Below, piece after piece: positions 19,606-30,198 of a stretch of DNA of 63,838 nt. Both the position numbers and the translations under genes were made by a program. The stretch's first letter is position 1, and every line of letters begins with the position of its first letter. The DNA is from an uncultured delta proteobacterium (GTDB lineage: Bacteria; Myxococcota; Myxococcia; Myxococcales; Myxococcaceae): contig CAVZMH010000010.1 of assembly GCA_963776345.1 (NCBI GenBank), positions 1 through 63,838 of the forward strand. The letters run 5' to 3'. The notes below the pieces were generated by a model. That model worked only from the letters and a program-made list of their open reading frames with translations. It searched no databases and was not told where the DNA came from.

Positions 19606-20853
19606 ATGGCGGAAGCCACGGTCGAGACCGTGCCGGAGCACCCCCGGGCGCGCGACGCGCAGGCGAAGGACGCGGCGCTGGCGGACACCGCCGCGAAGAA
19701 GCGCCGCGCGCTGAGGATCATCGGCGGCGTCGCCGCGGTGGTGGTCCTCGGGGTGCTCCTCTATCTGCTGCTGAACGCGGGGAAGGAGAGCACCGACGAC
19801 GCGCAGATCGACGCCGACGTCGTCCCGCTCGCGCCCCACGTCGCCGGGCTGGTGGCGGCCGTGCCGGTGGTCGAGAACCAGACGGTGAAGAAGGGTGACC
19901 TGGTCCTCCGGCTGGACGACCGGGACTACCAGGCGCGGGTCGCCCAGGCCTCCGCCGAGCTGGACAGCGTCCGGGCCCAGGCGCAGGCCGCGGAGGCGCA
20001 GGTCGCGGTGGTGGTGGCCTCGGCGCGCGGCTCCCTCACCCAGGCCGAGGCGAGCCTGGTGGGGTCCAACCGGTCGGTGTCCGGCGCGCGCGCGCAGCTC
20101 GAGCAGGCGCGGGCCACCCTGGTGAGCCGCCAGGCCGACCTCGAGCTGGCCAGGTCCAACATCGAGCGCGCCCATGAGCTGCAGAAGGCGAGCGCCATCC
20201 CCGAGCAGCAGGTCGACCAGGCCCAGGCGCAGTTCGCCTCCGCCCAGGCCGGGGTGACCGCGGCCCAGGCGGCGGTGACCGCCGCGGCGGACCAGCTCCG
20301 TCGGACCCAGGCACAGGTGAACGAGGCCGAGGGCCGGTTGGTGGTCTCACGCCCGGTGGACGCGAGCATCGCCGCCGCCCAGGCCAACGCCGCCTACCAG
20401 CAAGCCCGGGTCCGCAGCTCCGAGGCCGCGCTGGCCCTGGCCAACCTGAACCTCGAGTGGACCCGCATCGTGGCCCCGGATGACGGCACGGTGAGCCGCA
20501 TCACCGCCCACCCGGGCGCGCTGCTCTCCACCGGCCAGACCGTCGCCCAGTTCGTCCCGGTGAGAAAGTACGTCACCGCGAACTTCAAGGAGACGCAGAT
20601 CGGCAAGATCCACCCTGGCCAGCCGGTGGACGTGGACGTCGACACCTACGGCAAGACGGTGCACGGCAAGGTGGAGAGCCTCTCCGGCGGCACCGGGGCC
20701 CGCTTCTCGCTTTTCCCGCCGGACAATGCGACCGGCAACTTCGTCAAGGTGGCCCAGCGCATCCCGGTACGGATCGCGCTCGACGCCGTCCCATCCAGCA
20801 TGGACCTCCGCGCCGGGCAATCGGTGATGGTGACCGTGCACGTGAACCAGTGA
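19606..20853 (+). CDS. emrA: HlyD/EmrA membrane fusion protein
   Basis: N-terminal TM, STDDA, coiled coil, ANFKET, PPDNATGNFVKV; AGGAGG RBS. Confidence 0.93.
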   Translation: MAEATVETVPEHPRARDAQAKDAALADTAAKKRRALRIIGGVAAVVVLGVLLYLLLNAGKESTDDAQIDADVVPLAPHVAGLVAAVPVVENQTVKKGDLVLRLDDRDYQARVAQASAELDSVRAQAQAAEAQVAVVVASARGSLTQAEASLVGSNRSVSGARAQLEQARATLVSRQADLELARSNIERAHELQKASAIPEQQVDQAQAQFASAQAGVTAAQAAVTAAADQLRRTQAQVNEAEGRLVVSRPVDASIAAAQANAAYQQARVRSSEAALALANLNLEWTRIVAPDDGTVSRITAHPGALLSTGQTVAQFVPVRKYVTANFKETQIGKIHPGQPVDVDVDTYGKTVHGKVESLSGGTGARFSLFPPDNATGNFVKVAQRIPVRIALDAVPSSMDLRAGQSVMVTVHVNQ

Positions 20854-22175
20854 CCGACAGGTCCGGAGGTGTGTCCTTGATTCGACCGTTCATTGCAGCC
20901 GCGCTCCTGGCGTCCTGGGCGGTGCTGGCCGAGACGTCGCAGACGCTCACCATCGACGACGCGGTGAACGAGGCGCTGCGGGTGAACGACCAGCTCCGGG
21001 CAGCGCGCTACCGGGCCGAGGGCGCCGAGGACACGGCGCGCAGCGCCCGGGGCCGGCTGCTCCCGGCGCTGAACGCCAGCGACACCTGGCAGCACTGGGA
21101 TAGCCCGTTCGTGATCAGCCTCGCGCCCGGAAGCCCGGGCGTCACCGCGCGCAACGTCAACACCAACGTCTTCACCGTCGCCGCCCAGCAACCGGTGCTG
21201 GGGCTGTTCCACCGGGAACGAGACCTCAAGGCGGCGAGCAGCTCGGCGAGCGCGAGCCGGGCCGACGAGGCCGACGCCCAGGCGGCGATCTCCGAGCAGG
21301 TCCGTACCACCTACCTCCGGATCTTCGAGGCCAGGGCGGGCGTGTCGATCGCCGACGCGAGCATCGAGCAGCTCCAGAAGCAGGTGCAGGACGCGCAGGC
21401 CCGGTATAACGCCGGCACCATCACCAAGGCGGACCTGCTCCGCTTCCAGACCGCGGTGGCCAACTCCCGGCAACAGAAGATCCAGGCCGTCACGCTGGCG
21501 CTGACCGCGCGGCAGGGGCTGCTCACCCTGCTGGGCCGTAACCCCGAGGATCCCTCGCTGGAGTTCGTGGAGCCGGTGGACCTCGAGCAGCAGGCGGCCG
21601 TGCCGACGGGCAGATCGACCGACGAGCTGATCAACCGCGCGCTCCAGAACCGTCCCGAGGTGCAGCGGGCGCAGAAGGAGGCGGAGGCAGCGCGGGCGAA
21701 CGGACAGGCCCGGCTGCTGGAGCTGCTGCCCGAGGTGGACGTGCAGGCGGCGTACAGCAACGTCCGCGGCCAGGTGTTCCAGCCCGAGAACAGCTTCTTC
21801 GTGGGCGTGATGACCAGCTGGCCCTTCTGGACCTGGGGGACACGGTGGTACGCCGCCCAGAGCGCGCAGCGGCAGGCCGATGCCGCCGAGGCGCTGCGGG
21901 AGAGCGCGCGGAGGCAGGTGGCCTACGACGTCTCGAGCAAGGCGACCTTGCTGGAAGCGCAGTTCGTGGCGGTGCAGGTCGCCGAGACGGCCATCGCCAG
22001 CGCCGAGGAGGCCTACCGGGTGACGAGCGCGCAGGTCTCGGCCGGCACGGCGACCACCACCGACCTCCTCGACGCCCAGTCGGCGCTGACCACCGCCAAG
22101 CTCAACCTGGCCCGGGCGCAGTACGAGCGGACCATCGCCCGGGTCGCGCTGGATCGCGCCACCACGGTCCGGTGA
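20850..22175 (+). CDS. TolC-family outer membrane efflux protein
   Basis: Two OEP repeats (LLPAL / LLPEV, AGTITKADLL, GTATTTDLLDAQ). Confidence 0.92.
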   Translation: MTDRSGGVSLIRPFIAAALLASWAVLAETSQTLTIDDAVNEALRVNDQLRAARYRAEGAEDTARSARGRLLPALNASDTWQHWDSPFVISLAPGSPGVTARNVNTNVFTVAAQQPVLGLFHRERDLKAASSSASASRADEADAQAAISEQVRTTYLRIFEARAGVSIADASIEQLQKQVQDAQARYNAGTITKADLLRFQTAVANSRQQKIQAVTLALTARQGLLTLLGRNPEDPSLEFVEPVDLEQQAAVPTGRSTDELINRALQNRPEVQRAQKEAEAARANGQARLLELLPEVDVQAAYSNVRGQVFQPENSFFVGVMTSWPFWTWGTRWYAAQSAQRQADAAEALRESARRQVAYDVSSKATLLEAQFVAVQVAETAIASAEEAYRVTSAQVSAGTATTTDLLDAQSALTTAKLNLARAQYERTIARVALDRATTVR

Positions 22176-22179
22176 GCCG

Positions 22180-23767
22180 ATGGCGGTGGAGGCCCACCCG
22201 GAGGCGCACTGGCGTCCGAGCCACAGCCCGTGGCTGGTGGCGGCTGACCGTCACCCTGGCCACGTTCATGGAGGTGCTGGACACCAGCATCGCCAACGTG
22301 GCGCTGCCGCACATCGCGGGCGGGCTGTCGGCGAGCCAGGACGAGGCCACCTGGGTGCTCACCTCGTATCTGGTCTCCAACGCGGTGGTGCTGCCGATCA
22401 GCGCCTGGATCTCCAGCCGGGTGGGGCGGAAGCGCTTCTACATGGCCTGCGTGGTGCTCTTCACCGTGAGCAGCGCGCTGTGCGGCTTCGCCCCCGACCT
22501 CCGGTCGCTGATCTTCTTCCGGGTGCTGCAGGGTATCGGGGGAGGCGGGCTGGCCCCCAGCGAGCAGGGCATCCTCGCCGACACCTTCGAGCCCCGGCAT
22601 CGCGGGATGGGCTTCGCGATGTACGGGCTGGCGGTGGTGTTCGCCCCGGCGATCGGTCCGACGCTGGGCGGCTACATCGTCGACCACGCGAGCTGGCGGT
22701 GGATCTTCTACATCAACGTCCCGGTGGGCATCGTCTCGCTCCTCCTCAGCTCGATCATGGTCGAGGACCCGCCCTGGCTGGAGAAGGAGAAGGAGGAATC
22801 CCGCGGGGTGGCGGTGGACTGGCTGGGGCTGGGCCTGGTGGTGGTGGCCTTCGGCTGCCTGCAAGTCGTCCTGGACAAGGGCCAGCAGGAGGACTGGTTC
22901 AGCTCGCCGCTGATCGTGGTCTTCACCATGGCGATGGTCATCTGCCTGGTGGGGACGGTGGTCTGGGAGTGGGTGCACCCCAATCCCATCGTCAACGTGC
23001 GCCTGTTCTTGAACCGCAACTTCGCCGTCAGCGCCACGCTGATGTTCACTCTGGGCGCGGTGCTCTACGGGAGCACGGTGCTCATTCCCCAGTTCGTGCA
23101 GACGCTGATGGGCTACAGCGCCGAGCGGGCGGGGATGGTGCTCTCGCCGGGCGGATTCACCACCATGCTGATGATGCCGCTGGTGGGCTTCCTGGTCTCA
23201 CGCGTCCCCGCCAAGTACCTCATCACCGCGGGGTTCGCCGGGCTGTCGCTCGCGCTCTGGCACATGACCAGCATCAACCTGGGCATCGATCCGCACACCG
23301 CGACGATGTACCGGGTCTACCAGGCGGCCTCGCTGGCCTTCCTCTTCGTGCCGATCAACACCGTGGCCTACCTGGGGGTGCCGCGGGAGCAGAACAACCA
23401 GGTCTCGGGCCTGATGAACCTGGCGCGGAACATCGGCGGCAGCGTGGGCATCTCGTTCCTCGTCACCACGCTCGCCCGCCGCTCGCAGATCTACCAGAAC
23501 CAGCTGGTGGACCGGCTGTCGTCGTCCAACCCCGTCCTCCAGGAACGGCTCGGACAGCTGCAGCAGGGCTTCGCCTCCTCCGGACCGGCGGACGCGCTCC
23601 GGCGAGCCTACGGCACGCTCTACCTGACCATCCAGCAGCAGGCGGCGGTGCTCTCCTACGTGCGAATCATCGAGGACCTGGCGGTGGTGACCGCGGTCTT
23701 CGTCCCGCTCATCCTGCTCTTCCTCCGGAAGAACCGCCCGGGCGAGGCCACCCTCGGCGCGCACTGA
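22180..23767 (+). CDS. emrB: DHA2 MFS efflux permease EmrB/QacA (apparent +1 frameshift near 22243)
   Basis: PWLVA then, in the shifted frame, LATFMEVLDTSIANVALPHI, WVLTSYL, GRKRF, APAIGPTLGG. Confidence 0.92.
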
Positions 23768-23774
23768 GGCGCGT

Positions 23775-24329
23775 TCACCCGCGAATCGGTCGCGCCATCC
23801 GGACCACGGGGAACCGGACGTCCGGAGGCAGCACCACCTCGAAGCGCTCCATCGGCTCGAACCCGGCGGCGGCGTAGAGCGGCACGCCGGACAGCGTGGC
23901 CACCAGCTCGAGCGAGTGGAATCCGGCGCGCGCCGCCTCGCGCTCGCAGAGGTCGAGCAACGCGCGACCGAGCCCCTGGCGGGTGAAGCCCGGGTCCACG
24001 AAGAAGGCGCGGATCCGCGCCGACTCCCTCGTGGGGTCCAGCAGCGCGCCCGGGTCGCGTCCGCTCACTGCCGCGTCCCCGCCGAACAGCGAGCGACGGC
24101 GGCTCCAGCCTCCAGCCGCCACCAGCGCCCCACTCCGCTCGTACACCCAGTAGGTACCGTCGGCCAGCAGCTCGCCGTCCACGCCGAAGAGGTGCCGGCG
24201 CGCCGCCTCGAGCTGCTGGCGGGTGTAGTCGCCGCTCATCAAGCCGTGGACCGCGCGCGAGATGAGGGCCTCGATCTGCGGGCGATCCCCCTCGGTGGCG
24301 ACGCGGAATGGTGCGGGCTCGGCGCGCAT
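23775..24329 (-). CDS. GNAT N-acetyltransferase
   Basis: RIRAFFVDP..RQGLGRALL, ATLSGVPLY..GF. Confidence 0.9.
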   Translation of the reverse strand: MRAEPAPFRVATEGDRPQIEALISRAVHGLMSGDYTRQQLEAARRHLFGVDGELLADGTYWVYERSGALVAAGGWSRRRSLFGGDAAVSGRDPGALLDPTRESARIRAFFVDPGFTRQGLGRALLDLCEREAARAGFHSLELVATLSGVPLYAAAGFEPMERFEVVLPPDVRFPVVRMARPIRG

Positions 24330-24424
24330 CCCGGTGGCGACGAGTAGCACGACCCAGCGGGCCCCGTGGAACCGCGGCCGCGGCGAGGCCTAGCGTTCGC
24401 CCGGTCGCCAACACCGAGGTCACG

Positions 24425-25495
24425 ATGCGCCCACCTGCGAAGCTGTGCTCCCTGCTCCGGATCGACCACCCCCTGATCGGCGCGCCGATGGCCGGCGGTC
24501 CGAGCACGCCGGCGCTGGCCGCGGAGATCTCCCGCGCCGGTGGTCTGGGGTTCCTGGGCTGCGCGTACGCGACGCCCGAGCAGATCCTCGAGGCCAGCCG
24601 CGAGGTGCGCGCCCGCACCGATCGGCCGTTCGGGATCAACCTCTTCGCCGACGTACCCGAGGGCGCGCCGGTCGATCCCGGGCCGATGCTGGAGCTGCTC
24701 CGCCCCATCCACGCCGAGCTGGGGATTGCGCCGCCCGAGCCTCCCGGCCCCTCCGCCCGCGCGCTCGACGCGCAGATCGAGGCCATCGTCCAGAGCGGGG
24801 CCTCGGCGTTCAGCGTGACGTTCGGGATGCCGTCCGCGCCGCAGCTCGATCGCCTGGCGCGCGCGGGCCTGGTGCGGATCGGCACGGCGAGCACGGTGGA
24901 GGAGGCGCGGAGGCTCGAGGCGGCCGGCTTCGAGGCGGTCGTCGCGCAGGGCAGCGAGGCCGGTGGGCACCGGGGCACGTTCGTGGGCAGCTTCGAGCGG
25001 GGGCTGGTGGGCACGATGGCGCTCGTCCCGCAGATAACCGATGCGGTGCGCGTCCCGGTGGTGGCCGCGGGAGGGATCATGGACGGGCGAGGCTGGGTCG
25101 CTGCCGAGGCGCTCGGCGCGGCCGGCGTGCAGCTGGGGTCGGCGTTCCTGGCCTCCGACGAGTGTGGCGTGACCCCGGCGTACAAGGAGGCGGTGCTCGC
25201 GGCGACGGACGACGGCACGGCGGTCACCCGCGCCTTCTCCGGGCGACCGGCGCGCGGTCTGGTGAACCGCTTCCTGAGCGCCGCAGAGGAGCACCCGGAG
25301 AGCATCCTGCCGTACCCGCTCCAGAACGCGCTCACCCGGGCGATGCGGACCGCGGCGGCGCGTGCCGGACGTGCCGAGCTGCTGTCCCTGTGGGCAGGGC
25401 AGGCAGCCCGGCTGGCGCGGCGCGGACCCGCGGCGGAGATCGTCCGCTGGCTGGTGGCGGACGCCGCGCGGGTCCGGGCGGCGCTCCAGGGCTGA
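24425..25495 (+). CDS. Nitronate monooxygenase family flavoprotein
   Basis: APMAGG, PFGINLF, QGSEAGGHRG, AAGGIMDG, TRAFSGRPARG, WAGQ. Confidence 0.93.
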   Translation: MRPPAKLCSLLRIDHPLIGAPMAGGPSTPALAAEISRAGGLGFLGCAYATPEQILEASREVRARTDRPFGINLFADVPEGAPVDPGPMLELLRPIHAELGIAPPEPPGPSARALDAQIEAIVQSGASAFSVTFGMPSAPQLDRLARAGLVRIGTASTVEEARRLEAAGFEAVVAQGSEAGGHRGTFVGSFERGLVGTMALVPQITDAVRVPVVAAGGIMDGRGWVAAEALGAAGVQLGSAFLASDECGVTPAYKEAVLAATDDGTAVTRAFSGRPARGLVNRFLSAAEEHPESILPYPLQNALTRAMRTAAARAGRAELLSLWAGQAARLARRGPAAEIVRWLVADAARVRAALQG

Positions 25496-25545
25496 GGACG
25501 ACGGCCAGCGCCAGCTCCTTCGCTCGGGAGCGGTGTGGCTCTTCC

Positions 25546-26037
25546 TCAGCGCTGCTCGACAGACACTGCGCCCGGACGGAGCAGCGGCCGAGGCAGTGGC
25601 GACCTGCGGCCGAAGAGCAGGGCGTCCAGCGACGCCTTCCCGGCACCGGCGACGGTGAGCCAGAGGAACGCGGCGAGGTAGGTGAACTCCTCGAACGCGA
25701 ACAGCGAGCGGATCCCGTCGATCTCCGGCCGCTTCGCCGTGAGGATGGCCACCACCATCGTGCCCATCAGCGGCACCGCGGCGAACCGGGTGAACAGACC
25801 GAGGAGGATCAGCGTGCCCCCCCCCAGCTCGATGGCCGAGACCACGGTCGCCTGGGCTGCGGGGAAGGGGATGCCCAGCTCGGTGAAGAAGCTCGTGACC
25901 TGACCGAGGTTGTGCAGCTTGCCCCAGCCGGTTCCGAGAAACACCGCCCCGAGCGAGAGCCGGACGGCGAGCGGCCCGACCCAGGAGAAGCGGTCGAGGA
26001 TGGCGAGGGCGCGGGCACGGAGGGCTTCGAGCTTCAT
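25546..26037 (-). CDS. DoxX family membrane protein (BufD-like)
   Basis: LAVRL..F..GWGK, LGIPFP, ELGGG..LLGLFTRFAA, GAGKASLD; AGGAG RBS. Confidence 0.9.
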   Translation of the reverse strand: MKLEALRARALAILDRFSWVGPLAVRLSLGAVFLGTGWGKLHNLGQVTSFFTELGIPFPAAQATVVSAIELGGGTLILLGLFTRFAAVPLMGTMVVAILTAKRPEIDGIRSLFAFEEFTYLAAFLWLTVAGAGKASLDALLFGRRSPLPRPLLRPGAVSVEQR

Positions 26038-26065
26038 CGGGGGCTCCTGAAGGGGACGTGCAGGA

Positions 26066-26091
26066 TACGACGGGCGCACGGTGGTGGTTAC
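26066..26091 (-). promoter_or_regulatory. ECF (SigF/ECF16-like) promoter GTAACC-N16-CGTA upstream of doxX
   Basis: Same -35/-10 elements and spacer length as 30733-30758. Confidence 0.7.
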
Positions 26092-26211
26092 CGGGGCGTG
26101 CCGGGGGTGTGCGACCGGGTCCGAGGCGTCACGCCGCCGCTCGCTCCATCCGGAGCCCTGCTCGCAACTTCCGCCGAGCGGGAGCGCGCCCAAAGGTGCT
26201 TTACATGGGGC

Positions 26212-27588
26212 ATGCCCTTCGAGCTCCGTCCACCCCCGACTCGCCGGTTCCGCCGTGCACTCCCCATCTTGATGGCGGTCTGGGCCTCCACCGCCGCTGC
26301 TGCCGAGCCGGTCACGGTGCTCCGCGCGGCGCGCCTCTACGACGGGAAGTCCGATGCGGTGGTCACCCCGGGCGTGGTGGTGGTGGTCAACGGGACGATC
26401 TTCGCGGCCGGTCCTCGGGCGGAGGTGCCCGGCGGGGCGCGGGTGATCGACCTGGGCGATGCCACGCTGCTGCCCGGCCTGATGGACGCGCACACGCACC
26501 TGAGCTTCGAGTCCAGCCTGGACTGGAAGCAGGACCAGCTGGACATGCTGAAGAAGCCCATCGCGGAGCAGGCCATCGACGCGACGGAGTACGCGCGCCG
26601 CACCCTGCTCGCCGGCTTCACCACGGTGCGCGATCTCGGCTCGAGCGACCTCATCGACGTGGGGCTGAGGAACGCCATCGACGCGGGCAAGGTGCCCGGT
26701 CCGCGCATGCTGGTCGCGGTCAACGCCATCGGAGCGCGGGGTGGGCACTGCGATCCCACCGGCGGCTTCCGGCCCGAGCTGCTGAAGGAGCCTGGACCGG
26801 AGCAGGGGGTGGCGAACGGCCCGGACGAGATCCGTGCCGCGGTCCGCTTCGACGCCAAGCACGGGGCGGACGTCATCAAGACCTGCGCCACGGGCGGGGT
26901 GCTGTCCGAGGCGGACAAGGTCGATTCCCCGCAGCTCACCCAGGTGGAGCTCGACGCGCTGGTGGACGAGGCGCACGCGCTGGGTCGAAAGAGCGCCGCG
27001 CACGCCCACGGCGCCGAGGGGGCGAAGCGGGCCATCCGGGCCGGCATCGACTCCATCGAGCACGGCTCGTTCCTGGACGACGAGGCGTTCGAGCTGATGC
27101 GCAAGAAGGGGACGACCTTCGTGCCCACGCCGTTGCCCTGCATCATGGAGCGGCTCCGCGCGGCGAAGGCGCCGGCGCACATCATCGAGAAGGCGGCCAG
27201 CGCGGATGGCCGCGCGGTGGAGACGCTGAAGCGCGCCGTCGCCAAGAACGCCCGGATCGCCTTTGGCAGCGACGCGGCGGTCTGTCCGCACGGCTCGCAG
27301 CTGAACCAGTTCGCGATCTTCGTCCGGGCAGGGATGAAGCCGCTGGCGGCGATCAGGACCGCGACCTCGGTGGACGCGGCGCTGCTCGGCGTCCCCGACC
27401 GGGGCACGCTGGAGGCGGGCAAGCTCGCCGACGTGGTGGCGGTGCCGGGCGACCCTTCGCGGGACATCGCGGTGATGGAACGGCTGTTCTTCGTGATGAA
27501 GGGCGGCACGGTGGTCCGGAACGACCGCGGCGCTCCATCGAAGGTCGCGGGTGGCGCGGGGTCGGGGTCAAGCGGCGCATCGAACTGA
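26212..27588 (+). CDS. Secreted metal-dependent amidohydrolase (Xaa-Pro dipeptidase-like)
   Basis: Signal peptide, PGLMDAHTH, GFTTVRD, GADVIK, AHAHG, SIEHG, GSDA, GKLAD. Confidence 0.92.
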   Translation: MPFELRPPPTRRFRRALPILMAVWASTAAAAEPVTVLRAARLYDGKSDAVVTPGVVVVVNGTIFAAGPRAEVPGGARVIDLGDATLLPGLMDAHTHLSFESSLDWKQDQLDMLKKPIAEQAIDATEYARRTLLAGFTTVRDLGSSDLIDVGLRNAIDAGKVPGPRMLVAVNAIGARGGHCDPTGGFRPELLKEPGPEQGVANGPDEIRAAVRFDAKHGADVIKTCATGGVLSEADKVDSPQLTQVELDALVDEAHALGRKSAAHAHGAEGAKRAIRAGIDSIEHGSFLDDEAFELMRKKGTTFVPTPLPCIMERLRAAKAPAHIIEKAASADGRAVETLKRAVAKNARIAFGSDAAVCPHGSQLNQFAIFVRAGMKPLAAIRTATSVDAALLGVPDRGTLEAGKLADVVAVPGDPSRDIAVMERLFFVMKGGTVVRNDRGAPSKVAGGAGSGSSGASN

Positions 27589-27706
27589 GTGGCTCGAGGC
27601 GCGCCGATGACCGGTTGAGCGGGTGGTAGGCCCTCTTGGGGGTTGCGGACGCGGCTGCGACTGCGTCTGATGCCCGCTCGCTCCACGAGGGGAGGGATGT
27701 CCCATC

Positions 27707-28456
27707 ATGCGCATCACCTGGATGTTCACGATCGCGGCGCTCGCTGGCGTGGTCTCGGCCCGTGCCGACGAGCCGAAGAAGGCCGAGGGGGAGAAGCACT
27801 GGAGCTACACGAGCGGGATCACCCCGCCGAAGTGGGGCGAGGTCTCGCCGACCTGCGCGACGGGTGGGCATCAGAGCCCGGTTGCCCTCTCGACCCAGCA
27901 CGCGAAGGCCCAGGCGCCGCAGCAGGCCCTGGAGTTCGCCTGGGCGAAGTCGACCGGCGAGCTGGTCGACACCGGGCACAGCTTCCAGGTGAACCTCCCG
28001 CCGGGGAACTCCATCACCTACGGCGGGACCCGCTACGACCTGCTCCAGTTCCACTTCCACACTCCGTCCGAGCACACCCTGGACGGGAAGGCCGCGCCGA
28101 TGGAGGCCCACTTCGTCCACAAGTCGGCCGAGGGCAAGCTCGCCGTGGTCGGGGTGATGCTCAAGCAGGGGACGGCCGCGTCTCCGTTCGCGCCGGTGCT
28201 CACCGCGCTGCCCCCGTCCGGCGAGAAGCGCACGGTGGAGGTCGACCTGCCGGCGATCCTCCCGAAGGACCGGACGCACTTCGCCTACTCGGGGTCGTTC
28301 ACCACCCCACCCTGCAGCGAGGAGGTGCAGTGGATCGTCCTGCGCAGCGAGGACCCGGTGTCGAAGCCGGAGGTCGACGCGTTCAAGGCGAAGTACGCGA
28401 AGAACGCCCGGCCGGTGCAGCCACTGAAGGGGCGCACGGTCGAGATCGCGCCCTGA
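27707..28456 (+). CDS. cah: Periplasmic alpha-carbonic anhydrase
   Basis: Signal peptide, HWSY, QSP, QFHFH..SEH..EAHFVH, YSGSFTTPPCSE, ARPVQP. Confidence 0.95.
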   Translation: MRITWMFTIAALAGVVSARADEPKKAEGEKHWSYTSGITPPKWGEVSPTCATGGHQSPVALSTQHAKAQAPQQALEFAWAKSTGELVDTGHSFQVNLPPGNSITYGGTRYDLLQFHFHTPSEHTLDGKAAPMEAHFVHKSAEGKLAVVGVMLKQGTAASPFAPVLTALPPSGEKRTVEVDLPAILPKDRTHFAYSGSFTTPPCSEEVQWIVLRSEDPVSKPEVDAFKAKYAKNARPVQPLKGRTVEIAP

Positions 28457-28506
28457 ACGCGGGCGGTCCGTCGAGCGAGGTCGGCGCGGGCCCGGCGCCG
28501 TGACCC

Positions 28507-29286
28507 TCAGGCCTTCTGCGAGCCGACCGCGGCGACCCAGCCGTCGGCGAACCAGCTCAGCACGACCTTGAACGCGGCCTGCGCCGGCTCGGGCTCCCCC
28601 GCGAAGGTCCCGCAGACGTCCTCCAGCGTGCCGCCCTCGCGCGCCACCATCAGCGCACGGGCCTCGTGCTCGGACAGCCCGGTGTGGAAGACCTTGAACT
28701 CCTGACGCCACACCACCACGGTGGTCGGGGCAGGGAGCGGCGCCGGGACGTCGCCCTCGCCGGCCTCGAGCGCATCCCAGAGGGGTCGCACGTCGTGCTG
28801 GAGCCGCAGCACCCGGAGCGAGGGAGAGAAGACGAACTGCGCTGCCGGCAGCGTGTCGGCGGGGAGCGACTGCAGCGCCTCGGCTCCGGCGACGGGCGCG
28901 TCCAGCGCGGTGCGGGCCTCGGAGCGCGCGCGCTCGAGCATCGCGAGATCGGGCAGGTCCGGGCGGATGCCATCCCGCGTCCGGAGCCAGGCGCCGAAGT
29001 GACGCCCCACCTGGCCGATGTCCGGCGAGCGGCTGGGGTGCTCGTGGAGGTAGTCGCGCACCGCGTCCTCGAAGGCGTCGTGCCCGAGCAGCCGGGAGGT
29101 GTGCGGCACGTCCTCGGCGACCGCGTCCACCAGCCGGTGGAGGTACATCCGGGCGTAGATCTCCACCCGCTCCAGCGCGTCGAGCGGAGGCCGGGGCACC
29201 ACCTCCTCGCGCAGCTCCTCCTCGCGGCCGGGCACGACCCCGGTGATCGCCCCATGCAGGAGGCTCTGGAGCTCGGCCAGCGTCAC
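28507..29286 (-). CDS. bufC: MNIO partner protein (DUF2063 / HvfC / BufC-like)
   Basis: RVEIYARMY..LLGHDAF..HPSRS..F..LAMLERA; overlaps the DUF692 stop codon. Confidence 0.85.
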   Translation of the reverse strand: MTLAELQSLLHGAITGVVPGREEELREEVVPRPPLDALERVEIYARMYLHRLVDAVAEDVPHTSRLLGHDAFEDAVRDYLHEHPSRSPDIGQVGRHFGAWLRTRDGIRPDLPDLAMLERARSEARTALDAPVAGAEALQSLPADTLPAAQFVFSPSLRVLRLQHDVRPLWDALEAGEGDVPAPLPAPTTVVVWRQEFKVFHTGLSEHEARALMVAREGGTLEDVCGTFAGEPEPAQAAFKVVLSWFADGWVAAVGSQKA

Positions 29287-30113
29287 GACGCCTCTCCCTC
29301 CAGGACCGCCTTCTCGAAGGCCCGGGCGCGCTCGGCCTGCGCCAGCACCTCGTCGAGCGGCGGGATGTGGTCGTCCCACTCGACCAGCGTGCTCACCCTT
29401 CCGAAGCGGCGGACCGTGTCGCGGTACAGCGCCCAGACGGGGTCCGGCACGGGCGCGTCGTGCGTGTCGAGCAGGTGCGTCCCGAGGTCCTGGTGCCCCG
29501 CGAGGTGGATCTGCGCCACCCGGTCCACCGGGATGCCGCGGAGATACTCGCCCGCGTCGAAGCCGTGGTTGGTGGCGCTCACGTAGACGTTGTTCACGTC
29601 GAGCAGGATCAGACAGTCGGCCCGCCGTGCCACCTCGGCCAGGAAGTCCCACTCGGAGAGGGTCGAGGTGGCGTAGGTCAGGTAGCTCGAGACATTCTCG
29701 AGGAGGATCCGCCGGCCGAGGCGCTCCTGGACCTCGGAGACCCGCGACACCACGTGGGCCAGCGACTCCTCGTTGAACGGCATCGGCAGCAGGTCGTGCG
29801 CGTTGTGCCGGCCGAAGGTTCCCCAGCAGAGGTGGTCCGACACCCAGGCCGGCTCCACCGCGTCGGCGAGCGCGCGGACGTCGCGGAGGTACTGCTCGTT
29901 CAGCGGGTCCACCGAGCCGATGGAGAGGGACACCCCGTGGAGCACCACCGGCCGGTCCCGGCGGACCGCCTCCAGCACCGCCCGCGGGCGGCCGCCGATG
30001 TTCAGGAAGTTCTCGGTGATGACCTCGAACCAGTCGGCCCGGCGCCCCGCCTCCAATAGGTCCGGGAAGTGCTTGGTGCGGAGGCCGATGCCGTGCCCGA
30101 GGAAGGGGACCAT
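29283..30113 (-). CDS. bufB: Multinuclear non-heme iron oxidative enzyme (DUF692, BufB-like)
   Basis: GIGLR..H, EVITENF, HGVSLSIG, SDHL, ENVSSY, LLDVNN, HLAGH, DTH, EWD. Confidence 0.96.
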   Translation of the reverse strand: MVPFLGHGIGLRTKHFPDLLEAGRRADWFEVITENFLNIGGRPRAVLEAVRRDRPVVLHGVSLSIGSVDPLNEQYLRDVRALADAVEPAWVSDHLCWGTFGRHNAHDLLPMPFNEESLAHVVSRVSEVQERLGRRILLENVSSYLTYATSTLSEWDFLAEVARRADCLILLDVNNVYVSATNHGFDAGEYLRGIPVDRVAQIHLAGHQDLGTHLLDTHDAPVPDPVWALYRDTVRRFGRVSTLVEWDDHIPPLDEVLAQAERARAFEKAVLEGEAS

Positions 30114-30139
30114 GGGTTCTGGGGCTGCAGAAAAGCACA

Positions 30140-30180
30140 CCGGAGCCGGTGCGCGCCCGCGGGGGACGCTCCGGCTCCGG
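30140..30180 (-). terminator. Strong stem-loop directly downstream of the RiPP precursor gene
   Basis: CCGGAGCCGG (30140-49) pairs with CCGGCTCCGG (30171-80); on the minus strand it is followed by TGTGCTTTT. Confidence 0.55.
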
Positions 30181-30198
30181 CGTGGGGAAGACGCTCGA

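Noticed and set aside
22180..22260. Programmed ribosomal frameshifting in emrB and the other split genes
   Set aside because: No slippery heptamers; the same single-insertion pattern recurs in unrelated genes.
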